Below are positions 11,770 to 23,174 of a stretch of 64,000 nucleotides of DNA, piece by piece. Below the pieces are notes generated by a model. That model had not been told where the DNA came from. It did not search any database and was given only the letters and a program-made list of their open reading frames with translations. The first letter of the stretch is position 1; each line of letters opens with the position of its first letter. The stretch comes from Narcine bancroftii. Lineage: Eukaryota. A program made the position numbers and the translations under genes. The stretch spans positions 11,160,001-11,224,000 of the forward strand of contig NC_091477.1 of the NCBI RefSeq assembly GCF_036971445.1. Reading direction: 5' to 3'.

Positions 11770-14050
11770 GTTCTTCGAAATAGCGCCAAGGGATAATAAG
11801 AACAGTTTCTACAGGTATGTTAAGAGCAAAAAGATTTTAAGGGACAAAATTGGTTGCCTTGAAGATCAGAATGGTCAGCTTTGAATGGAGCCAAAAGAGA
11901 TGGAGGAGATATTAAATGTTTTTTATCATCAGTATTCACTCAGGAAACAGACACAGAGTCATGGGAAATAAGGAAAACAAGCGGTGAGTTCATGGAACCT
12001 ATTCAGATTAAAGAGGAGGAAATGTTTGCAGTCTTTTTTAATTTTTTTTTAATTTTTCACACTATGAACCATATTAACCAAAATACACACAAACATTTCC
12101 CTCTTAAATCTATACAGTGGCATTTTCTCCCCTTTCCCCCCCCCCCTTCCCTCCTTCCTTCCCACCCCCCTCCAAACCCATTAAACGTTCAACATAGACA
12201 ATACAATAAAGCCAGTAAACAATGTCATCACACAATGAAAATAAACAAGAAAATTGTGTCATCTACTTTTACACACTGGATCAGGTAATTTTGTCTTCTC
12301 ATTCTATCATTTTAGGGAGTGGAGATCCGCGGTAGGACCTCTCTGTTGTGTTCCATGTACGGTTCCCAAATTTGTTCAAATAATGTGACTTTAATTTTTT
12401 TATTATATGTTTTTTTTGTAGTGGAATACATTTATTCATTTCCTTGTACCATTGCTGTACTCTCAGGCTCTCTTCTGATTTCCAAGTTGACATTATATAT
12501 TTTTTATACATTTTTTTGCTACAGCTAAGGCTATCATAATAAATCTTTTTGGGCTTCATCCAGTTTGAGGCCTAATTCTTTACTTCTTAGAAGAAAGATC
12601 TCTGGATTTTTTGGTATGTTGCTTTTTGTGATTTTATTTAATACCTGATTTAGATCTTCCCAAAACTTTTCCACTTTCTCACATGCCCAAATTACATGTA
12701 CTGTTGTTCCCGTTTCCTTCTTACAGTGAAAACATCTGTCTGATAATGTTGGATCCCATTTATTTAACTTTTGGGGCGTGATATATTGCCTGTGTAACCA
12801 ATTATATTGTATCATGCGTAACCTCGTGTTTATTATATTTTTCATAGTTCCAGAGCATAACTCTTCCCATATTTCATTTTTTATCTTTTTTTATTTAGGA
12901 AAGGCTGTGGATGTTGCCTACATGGATTTTTAGTAAGGCTTTTGACAAGATCTCACATGGGAGGTTAGTCAGGAAGGTTGAGATGTTAAGTATTCATGGT
13001 GAAGTGGTGAACTGGGTTCGACAATGGCTGGATAGATAGAAGAAGCCAGAGTTTAATGGTGGATGATTGCTTCTCAGACTGAAGGCCTATGACTAATGGT
13101 GTGCCTCAGGTATCAGTGCTGGGACCATTGTTATTTGTCATCAATGATCTGGATGATAATATGGTAAATTGGATTAGCAAATTTCCAGATGACGCTAAGA
13201 TTGGAGGCATTGTGGACAGTGAAGAAAGCTTTCAAAGCTTGCAGAGGGATCTGGAAAAATGGGCTGAAAAATGGCAGAAGGAATTGAATGCAGACAAGTG
13301 TGAAGTGTTGTATTTTGCAAGGCTAAACCAAGAAAGGACATACATGGTAAATAGTAGGGGATTGAGTGCAGTAGAACAGAGAGATCTGGCAATACAGATA
13401 CATAATTCCCTGAAAGTGGCATCACAGATAGATAGGGTTGGTATTTTGGCCTTCATAAATCAAAGTATTAAGTGTAGGAGTTGGGATGTTATAATAAAGT
13501 TGTATGAGACAATGGTGAGGCTAAATTTGAAGTATTGTGTGCGTTTCGGTCACCTAACTACAAGAAAGATATCAATAAGATAGAATGAGGGTAGATAAGA
13601 TTTTCTAGGATGTTGCCAGGACTTCAGGAACTAAGTTCGATAGAGTGTAGAAGAATGAAGGGGGGGTGGGGTTTGATGGAGGTATTTAAAATTATGAGGA
13701 GAATAGATAGAGTAAATATAGATAAGCTATTTCCAGTGAGGGTAGGTGAGATACAAACCAACGAACATGGGTTAAGCGTGAAATGGGAAAAATTCAGGGG
13801 GAATATGAGGGGGAGCTTCTTAACACAGAGAGTGGTGGGAGTGTGAAACAAGCTGCCATCTGAAGTGGTGAATGCGGGCTCAGTTTTAAAATTTAAGAAG
13901 AATTTTGGGAGTATAAGGTTGGGAGCGTTATGGAGGGCTATGGACTGGGTGAAGGTCAGTGGAACGAGGCAAAAAAAGTGGTTTAGCACAGACTAGAAGG
14001 GCTGAAAGGGCCTGTTTCTGTGCTGTAATATTCTATGGCTTTATGGTTCT
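11770..14050 (+). mobile_element. CR1 LINE ORF2 3' half, interrupted by L1
   Basis: GVPQ.SVLGPLLF..NDLD, SKF.DD.KIGG and KWAEKWQ motifs; ttctatgg tail. Confidence 0.92.
12033..12895 (-). mobile_element. L1/Tx1-like LINE 3' portion, same family as 9440-10608
   Basis: Reverse-complement match (NTRLRMIQYNWLHR..WACEKVEKFWEDLNQVLNKITKSNIPKNPEI). T-rich tail at 12033-12057. Confidence 0.92.
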
Positions 14051-14339
14051 GAGGCCTTGATTTAACACCTCTCCTAAAGATTGACCGGCCTCACATGAAC
14101 ATATAGGAGAGGGAAAATGCCCACACTGACGGAGGTCCCAACATGCACATCATTTTAAATGCGCTCAGAGGAGCATTCACCCATTCAGGCCAAATAGATT
14201 TTTTTTTTCACTTGATATCTTCTATTCCCTTTAATGGGATTTGAGGGAGTAATGAGGCAGGAGTACAAAGATAAGGAGAGGCTTGCTTGATTGTACAGAA
14301 GTTTGGAGAAACTTAAGTTTTTAAAGTGTATAGTCATTT

Positions 14340-14555
14340 TAAATTTATACATACAGCACGGTTACAGGCCCTTTTGTCTCAAGCGCCCAGTCCCCCTGAA
14401 ATGCTCCAATTAACCTACAATCCTCATACTTCTTTTTTTGAAGAGTAAAGCACCTGGAGGAAACCCCTGCAGGCACAGGGAGAACATACAAACTCCTTAC
14501 AGACCGTGCTGGATTCGATCCTGAGTCATTGGGGCGGTAATAGCGTTATAACTGT
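14340..14555 (-). mobile_element. V-SINE (HE1-like tRNA-derived SINE)
   Basis: The minus strand carries a V-domain-like gtctgtaaggagtttgtatgttctccc..ggtttcctccaggtgc and a CR1-like tail. Confidence 0.75.
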
Positions 14556-16429
14556 GCCTTTATTTTGGGGATCTGGATATCCCTAATTGTCCTTGAGAGG
14601 TTTATGGTGAGCTGGCTTCTTGAACCATTCCAGAGTTTTTGGTAAAGGAAATCTACAATGTTGTCGGGTAAGGATTTCTACGATTTAGATCGAGTGCGAG
14701 TGAATAACTCACAATATATTTCCAATTTAGGATAGAGTCCAGCTTTAAGGAACATTGATTGCCTTCCCCTACAAAGATAAACACAGATATGTTCCATATC
14801 TTCATCTGGTTCTCTGGTAGGTATTGATCCACGTGTTCTCAATTGATTTAGAAATAGCTCTCTTTCCTTTTTTGCCATTGTTAATTCACTGCATGAATCC
14901 TCTCATGTGATGCTGCCTAACTTTAAATTTAATGTTGTTGCCTCCTGTCTTTCCAGTAACGTCAACCTGCATTTGTAAATTACATGATACGGTAACCGAA
15001 TACTATATTTTGGATGATGTATGTCTCAAGTTTTCTTCAGGAATTTATGAGCAAACTTTTTAATCAAACTACTAGTGATTTATTTATTGTAAACTTCTGT
15101 GCTTTCCAATTAATTTTGTATTAGTTTAGATAATGTTATGAAAGTACTTTGAGGATTTAGATACTTTAATTTGAAGCTAACTTCATTTTCTTGACACTGT
15201 TGTCAGGCTCCCCTCTTATCCTAAAGATGCTGACTCCTTGTGGTGTTTTTATGCTCTCTTTCTGTAACATAATCACTATTCATGTTTGAACCACTGCACA
15301 ATGTGTTTCCAGCTATAAATAACGCAAACTTCCTGTCCTCGCATGTACATTCCAGTAAGATTCACAAGGCAGAAAATAAGAGCATGAACACTGGCTAATA
15401 CTCCCCTGTGTAAATCACTGAGGGTTAAGTGCCAGTCAGTGCATTGGCTACTGGACTAACCTAGGATCTTCTTCATCTGTTGCACTTGAACATTATTAAG
15501 TGGTCCTGCCAAAACATTTGTCGAATGTCTAAAACTAATATGTTAGAACTTATTATCAGCCAGTCGGATGAGGATGTTGGTGGAAAGAAACTATTGGGCT
15601 TATGCTTGATAAAATTCTAAATTCTCTGTCCCGTTCTAGATGTTTCTACTTCCTTTTGATCACTCAAAAGCCAGGAATTCCACAAGTTGGTAAGGTTATC
15701 ATATATTTTAAGGCGGCTTTGAGAACATTCTTTGACGTTATTTTTTTCTATCCCCAGGTGATCCCTACCTGTGACAGCTTGGAGAAGAGTGACTATTTTG
15801 AGAATCCAGTTTCAACATGTGAATGATGTTGTTTCTCCATTGGGACTGGTTGAATGTTATCGTATCCTTGATGTTGAGGATTTTAGCTCAGCATAGGTTC
15901 TCTATCTTGCCAGAGGGTTTGGTATGTCTCCATCATTTTAAGATCCCTACTGAAGATTATCTGTGGTCTCTGTTGTTCAATGGATCTTGAGCTTTGTGCT
16001 GGACTTGGTCTTGATCTCAGAAGCTAGAGACTATGCAGGTGTAATGGGGTTAAAGGACAGTCTGCACTCTTTCTAAGCCACTATTTTTTTGCAAAGGAAA
16101 ACTGCTAGTAATTATTATATTTCTATTATCTTTTGTATTAATTGTCAGTTTTAAATTCAATTAAGGATAATATTGTAGTTTTTTTTGGTTATTTTTGCAT
16201 TTTTTTTAAACCGTGCCTGTTTTACTGCAACAGGTAAAAATTTTGGTACATATGTACATTACATGATTTAATTTATTTCTAATTATAATTATTTTTACAA
16301 TTTTTATTATTGGTGCTCCTGTAATTGGGAAAGTAGTTCGCATTTTTGAGGCGCCACCAATTTGTGCTGCAAAGGCAGGTTGATAGAGGGTGCAACTTTC
16401 AGCCATGGTCACTAACCTTTTACAAGAGC

Positions 16430-16820
16430 ATGATTGAGAACATGAGAATTATCAAAACATCCAAGAAGATCACTGGAGTCTCTCTTTTCTCCATAGCCAA
16501 TGTTGACTGGGAGCGATGACTAAACAGAGCTTAAGATGACCCTTTCTATTCAGTCTCCAGTATCTTCAACCCGCTACCATCAAGACTATCAAAATCAGGA
16601 CTGCCAGGCTGGAGAACAGCTTCTTCCCACAGGCTGTGAGATTGATGAACAGCATCCTGTAACTGTGACTCTCCCAAATATTTACATATTATTTATTTTG
16701 ATTCTTTTTGTGATCTTTATGTACTGTGTATTGTGTTTTTTTGCATGCATCATGGTCTAGAGAAACATTGTTTCATTGGGTTTATATGTACATTTGGATG
16801 ATAATAAACATGAACTTGAA
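16430..16820 (+). mobile_element. Rex1/Babar-like LINE 3' fragment
   Basis: aggctggagaacagcttcttcccacaggctgtgagattgatgaac (RLENSFFPQAVRLMN), with an aataaac..aacttgaa tail. Confidence 0.7.
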
Positions 16821-17969
16821 AAGTATTAAGGAAAACTTGAATACATTTCAAAATCTTCAAACCTTGTAATGCATGGGAATCTTCTTCAAGTCAAATCAGT
16901 ATGTCCATTTTGGGTTGGTTTTCACCTCAACCACCAAATGTCTCAGCTATGGACCATTACATGAAACAACTGCACACTATCCCTATCCAGATCATCCTTA
17001 TAAACCTGTGCCTTATCAGCGATACTGTGCTCTGATGACTGCAGCTTACGATGATGAACATTACTAAATCATCTACTGGTTGCAGTGACTCACCAGGGCA
17101 ATTTGCACGTTTGTTTGGAATCTTTGACAACATCATAAAGACAAAACTTGAGGAAATGACTAACAATCAGCGTGTACTGTGATCCAGCTGGAAGCACTAG
17201 TTAGAAAGGCACCCGTGATGCTTGGTTTAATGAATTTTTACTGTCACTTAATTAATGGAAATAAATGATCAAAATTGAGGGGGTGTTAATCCTGTCATAC
17301 CCTGCTCTGCTACAGCAGTGGCCTTTGCTATAGTGAAAAATAGTCTAACCGATCTGTTTGCCCAGATTGGTAAAAAATTATTGGTTTTTTTTTTCAAGGC
17401 TTATATGACACATGTTATAAATTTAGAATGTTGTTTATTACAAATTGCGTCCTTTCTTAAAACATCCTCAATATATTCCACAAGAAATGGATGTCAGAGG
17501 GTTACATGCTGCCTGATGCTTATATTTCATAACTTTGAGAGGCTGCATGGAGGGAATCTGGTTATCAAGCAACAATGGCCACCCTCCTCTGGATCATTAC
17601 TGGCGAAACAGGCTGCCAAATACTGAGGTGTTTACCTGTGCTCATCTGCCAGCATCTCAGCTCTGGATGCAAGACTGTCAATTGAAGCTCCTGCTATTGG
17701 CTGACAACATTGGAAGGGCTTGGGCCCGAAATGTCGACTGCCTTTTCCACTCTCTGGATGCTGCATGACCTGCTGAATGCCTCCAGCATTTTTGTGTACT
17801 GCATTGGAGGTCTTTTCTGTGCTCTCAATATAAGCGTGAATGGGGTCAATAGATCTTGCACATGACAGAGCCAAAGTATTCCTGCTGATGTCCTGGTTAA
17901 TTATATATTGCACAACCAATGGCAGGCTAATTGATGGGATTATGGTAGAGGCTAACCCATCATCTAGCT

Positions 17970-18283
17970 CAGTGGTTGTCAACCTTTTTCTTTCCACTCA
18001 CGTACCACTTTAAGTAATCTCTATGCCATCGGTGCTCTGTGATTAGTACGGGATTATTTAAGTTGGGATGTGAGTGGAAAATCACTGCTCCAGGCCCAAT
18101 TGTCATTGGCCCATTTCCTTTGGAGTTATGAAACCGTGCACATGACCAGACAATGAGGTATAGTTAAAAGAGCAGCTGTCCACCTTTTTCTTTCCACCCA
18201 CATCCCCCCTTAAGCCATCTCTTACTAATCACAGAGCACCTAAAGTGGGATGTGGGTGGAAAGAAAGAGGTTGAGAACCACTG
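17970..18283. mobile_element. hAT-like composite MITE, copy 3
   Basis: cagtggttgtcaacc ... ggttgagaaccactg termini; same core as copies 1 and 2. Confidence 0.85.
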
Positions 18284-18772
18284 ATAACTGAATGATAGAA
18301 AAAACTTGAGAATAGCCAAAATATCCAACTGAATTACATTTCAATAGCAGGCATTCTCGGTCTACTGATGTATGGGTGTGCACCTCAAAGTTTCTTTCGG
18401 TAACTTGATAAAGGTTATTTCAAGGCAGAATTTTGATTGTTGTTGTTTAATGTTTACAACGTTAAATAAGCTCTCTCCTAATGTTGGAGTAATTGATCCA
18501 ATCAAAGCATCCACATTTGGCCTCAGTGCCAAACACAGGAAGAAAAAGAAGAATGGATGAGCTTACAATGCCAGAGGTTTCTATGGGGGAAAATAACAAC
18601 AAGAATATTTAATCTGGCACACTGAATACTAGCAGCCCAATTGAAGTATTTGTACCCCACTGAACAAGCAATTTTTTTTTGGCAATTCAGCTAATTCAGG
18701 AAGAGCAGAAAAGTGAGATATTCCGGAACGTTCAGAGACACTGGAAAATGATTTGCCAACTTCAAACAGGTT

Positions 18773-19098
18773 TGTAGTTCCTTCGCCAGAGTTACTCATA
18801 GTCCCCTATACTCTCTTTCTGCTTTGTTGAGAGAGTCTCAGGTTCGGTGGGTTCAAAGAGAGACGAGTCTAGATGCAAGGGTTTGCAATCAAATGTAACT
18901 TCATTAAAAAAAAAACAATTAATAAGAGAGACAATTTATAAGGGAGTGTGGGAGCCCTAACTGAATTTATAAAGGAGCATGGGAGCCAATCGTGATGGGA
19001 AACAAACAGGGAAGAATGTTAGACAATACACAAGTATTAATTTACACAGGTGATGCAGTCATTCACACCCTATAAGCACGGGTTATACACACCCTCCC
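18773..19098 (-). mobile_element. Putative LTR (~317 bp) with adjacent polypurine tract
   Basis: TGTA...TACA boundaries (18773-19089). On the minus strand gggagggtg immediately precedes tgtataac. No partner LTR or gag/pol is seen. Confidence 0.45.
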
Positions 19099-19613
19099 GG
19101 ACCCGTGAATAAAAGGAGGTGGATCTGGTACCACTGTGCTCACAGGGGTATTCGCACGCCAGTATTGATCTATAGCAATACCACGGCTCAGATTCAATGC
19201 AGTGTGCACCTTATCCATGACCCTTCTGAGCCACATCTGCAGCGACCTAGCATGGAGTGGTGTCTGAGACTACCACCACAAGGCAGAGAGAGCTGGTGTC
19301 CTCTGTGCTGGTGCTAAATACAGGGCTCCAGCCAATACGGACGCTGAGTGGCAAGGTGTGCACTGACCAGTGGTCTGAGCCCAATCTGAACTGGCATTCT
19401 ACTTGCAGTTTGTAACATTGTGTATAACTTTGTAACTTTGAATGGAACAAAAAAGTACATGATGTACTGTTAGGTGGTGTGACTTCTGAATGAGTTTCAG
19501 GCAGGGAGGCCATGTGACCACCAGCAATAGGCAGAGAGCATCCCCCCACACCCAGTCCACCCCTCGGAAGCTACATCACTCTGGAATCACAATGATTCTA
19601 TCTACATATATAA

Positions 19614-19641
19614 CTCTCTCTCTCTCTCTCTCCCTCTCCCT

Positions 19642-19700
<59 letters not shown>
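19614..19700. repeat. (CT)n/(CTCCCT)n/(CA)n microsatellite
   Basis: Seen directly in the sequence. Confidence 0.97.
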
Positions 19701-19702
<2 letters not shown>

Positions 19703-20010
19703 CTTTATTTTCAATAATTTCCAATGACAGCACCTCACCAGCCTCGTCCAAATAGGGATGCTGTGTTATTGATGGGGCAGGGTGCTACGGGCGCTGCTCC
19801 CCAGTGTCAGAGGGGATGGCAGCAGAAAAAGGAATTTGTCTGGTCACTGACTCTATGCCTTGCTTCTCTGGCTTGGCTGGAAAATGTGAGCACCCCCACC
19901 ACCAACGACTGCCAGCAGGCAGTCATCCATGAGGTGCCAAATCCCTCACTTGGCTTGCGCATACTCTGCCCCTGCCCTCCTCACTTGGGCAGTCCCGAAG
20001 CACATCCCAG

Positions 20011-21375
20011 ATGACCACCGCCGTGCTATCCCATAGTGAAAGTCTGAAAGCACTTTGCTTCTTCCTGGACCAAAGACCTGACCAGTCACCCTCTACCGCC
20101 ACCCTCCTGCACCTGGCAGAACTTGTTCTCACTCTAAGTAACATCTCCTTTAACTCATCTCATTCCTCCACATGGGTCCCAGCTACGCCTGCCTGTTTGT
20201 GGGCTTTGTGGAGCAATCTATGCTACAAGCCTACACAGGCAAGGCCCCTCAACTCTTCTTCCGGTATATCGACAACTACATTGGAGCTGTCTCATGCAGC
20301 TGCGTTGAGCTTGTCAACTTCATCCATTTCGCAGCCAATTTCCACCCTGATCTCAAACTCACCTGGTCCATCTCCGATTACACTCTCCCCTTTCTGGATC
20401 TCTCTGTCTTCATCTCGGAAGACAAGCTTTCCACCGACATATACTACAAACCCTATAAATCCCACAACTACCTTGACCACTCATCCTCACACTGTGTCTC
20501 TCAACTTCTCTGTCTTCACTACATCTGTTCCCAAGATGAGGTCTTCTAGTCCAGAACTTCTGAAATGTTCACCTTCTTCCAAAAACGTGGCTTCTCCTCC
20601 ACCACTATCAACTCAGCCCTCACCCACAACTCCTCCATTTCCTGTTTATCTGCCCTGGCCCCCTCTGCCACCAGATGCAACAAACATAGAATCCCCCTCA
20701 TCCCCACCAACCATCCTCAGCATAATTCGTCAGAATTTCCGACACATACTAAAGGATCCCTCCACCAGACATATTTTTCCTTCTACTCCCCTCTTGGCCT
20801 TCCATAGGGACCGCTCCCTCTGTAGTTCCCTCGTTCATTCATTTGTCCCCACCAATTCCCCCCCACCCACCCACCTGGCACCTTCAATTATGGCACACAC
20901 CTCCTCCCTCATCATAGTCTGGGGCCCCAAACAGGCCTTTTAAGTGAAGCAACACTTCAGTTGTACATCCACAGGGCATTGGAGCATCCAATGCTCCCTT
21001 TGTGGCCTTCTCTACATCAGTTGCAATTTTGGAGATCGCTTCGCTCAGGACCTCCTCTCCATCCACAACAACACCGACCTTCCGGTAGACAACCATTTTA
21101 ATTCTGAGTCGCCCTCCCAAGCTTGCATGTCTGTCCATGGCCTCATGCAGTATCCCACCCTGACCACCTGAAGACTGGAGAAACAGCACCTTATTTTCAT
21201 CTAGGCACTCTCCAGCCGGACGGCATTAACATTGACTTCTCTACTTTCTGCTAAGCTTACTTCCCTTTTATTTCCCCACCCCCCTTCCAGTCTTTCCAGT
21301 TCTCCTCTCCCTTCCCCCTTACCTACCCAACCATCCCTGTGTCACCTGCTGAGTTTCTCCAACACTTTTGTGTAC
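20011..21375 (+). mobile_element. Penelope-like retroelement, degraded RT plus GIY-YIG endonuclease
   Basis: MGPSYACLFVG..FFRYIDNYIG (RT), LPFLDL..LSTDIYYKP, and FSCTS..IQCSLCGLLYI..RF..HFN (GIY-YIG type). Multiple frameshifts. Confidence 0.9.
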
Positions 21376-21388
21376 CTCTTGGTTCTCC

Positions 21389-21595
21389 TCTCTTGGCCAC
21401 CTGAATACGCCTGGGATTGTCTGATCTCAGAAGCTAACTAGGCTCAGGTCTGGTCAGTACTTGGAGGGGAGACCACCTAGGTGCTGTAGATTTCTGTGGA
21501 GGGCGCTGGACAAAGGTAGACAAAGTTAAAGAATTTCATGTATGTTACATTCTAAATGTTGTATTATGTGACAATAATGGACCCTTTACCTTTAT
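21389..21595 (+). mobile_element. 5S rRNA-derived SINE (SINE3-like)
   Basis: gtctgatctcagaagctaa..ggtctggtcagtacttggaggggagacc..ggtgctgtag matches 5S rRNA, including the A- and C-box regions. It is followed by a tail that also occurs at 39030-39155. Confidence 0.8.
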
Positions 21596-21859
21596 CTGAG
21601 TGCCAACTGTACCCTGATATCATTCTCCGACACAGCAAATGGGTCTAGAAGTAAGATGCTCCCTTAGGCTTTCCTTATTACTGGTTTGCCCCTTTCATCT
21701 GACTGATGGTCACTCATTCCCCCTTTGACAGACTTGTATCTTTATTTGTCAACATTTTAAGACATTTTTCACCAGATCTTCCTATTTGGTCTAAAACTGT
21801 TTCTGTCCCAACCCCTTAAGTGAGGCTATGTGAGGTACAAACCAGACAACATGAATAAA

Positions 21860-22135
21860 GGATGAAAGGGGGAAAGGTTCAAGGGGAAGATTGGGGAGAA
21901 CTTCCTCACACAGAGAGTGGTGGGAGTGTGGAATGAGCTGCCAGCCGAAGTGGTGAAAGAGGATTAAATTTTAACATTTAAGAAATATTTGGACTGGTAC
22001 ATGGATGGGAGGGATATGGACGGGTATGGACTGGGTGCAGGTCAGTGGGACGAGGTAGAATTATAGTTTGGCACAGACGAGATGGGTCTCTGTTTCTGTG
22101 CTGCAATGTTCTATGGATCCATGGTTCTATGGTTA
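21860..22135 (+). mobile_element. CR1 LINE 3' fragment
   Basis: Matches 13780-14050; ttctatgg repeats at the end. Confidence 0.85.
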
Positions 22136-23050
22136 TTTAATTCATTTTTTACCCCACTGTACTTGCAGGATTTTCCTGTGTGAAAGTTGCCTGCATTTTT
22201 AAATATCAATGTCAATGACCATATTCTTGTTTTTGTCATTCACAGGATGCTGGAACCACTGGCCTAGAGACCCTTATGAACCATTGAACTTAAGTTTCTT
22301 TCTAGGGTGAGATTTTATAGGGAAAAAACTCTGCTGTGGGCAGGAGATTTCTGAAGGGGGAGAAGAATATTAATAATTCGGAAGCTTTTTGCAACAATCC
22401 AGTAAGTTCATCCTCGGTGTTTATTTTCTGATTTAGTGTCCAAATTTAAATTCTTCAGCTGTTGTTGAATCATGAGTCAAGGCCTGTAGATTATAAATCT
22501 GCTGGTCTAACCATGATTCTATTATATTGCTCTCATTCACTATAAAGTGCTTTAAGTTACAATGACATTGTGAAAGGGGCGATTAAAAAATGCAGGGTTT
22601 TTAAAATTAATGTTCTGACACAAAGGCTGCACATGCAATGTTAACTCACCTCTATGTTCTGAATGTGGTTAAATGGCCCCTGGTGATTGGATGAGCTGAT
22701 GGACAGTGAATAATGTTATGTATGTTACTCACTGTTAGTTGGTTGGAAACAAGCAGCCCTTCACATTGCAAACGTACAGCAGGTGCTTTTGCAAATGAGG
22801 GCAACATTGAGCATGTAATGCTGATTACACATCTATTTTGTCTCCGTTTCTACAGTGGGTCTGTTAGCTGCCCTCAGGCACCAAGCCCTTTTAAACGAGT
22901 TTTCAACCTTCACTTGGGAGCTTTAATAAATAAATTCACTTTGCAATAGAATTGCCCAGTGTATCTCATGGCTTTCCGACAGTCATTGCAATTTATGTAT
23001 AAATTGGATTAGGATCTTAACTCCTTTATTTGAGAGGGTCATCACCAATT

Positions 23051-23174
23051 AGAACAAATTTCTGCTGCTTGAATGAGGAATCCTATGAAAGCAACAATCA
23101 AGGAACAAATAAAGAACAAATTTCTGCTGCTTGAATGAGGAATCCTATGAAAGCAACAATCAAGGAACAAATAA
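23051..23174. repeat. 62-bp tandem duplication
   Basis: agaacaaatttctgctgcttgaatgaggaatcctatgaaagcaacaatcaaggaacaaataa occurs at 23051 and 23113. Confidence 0.95.

Noticed and set aside
20011-20943. 310-aa Ser/Pro/Thr-rich ORF
   Set aside because: It is mostly an off-frame reading of a frameshifted Penelope element.
21389-21493. Functional 5S rRNA gene
   Set aside because: It has many substitutions and indels, is not in a tandem array, and is fused to a repeat tail.
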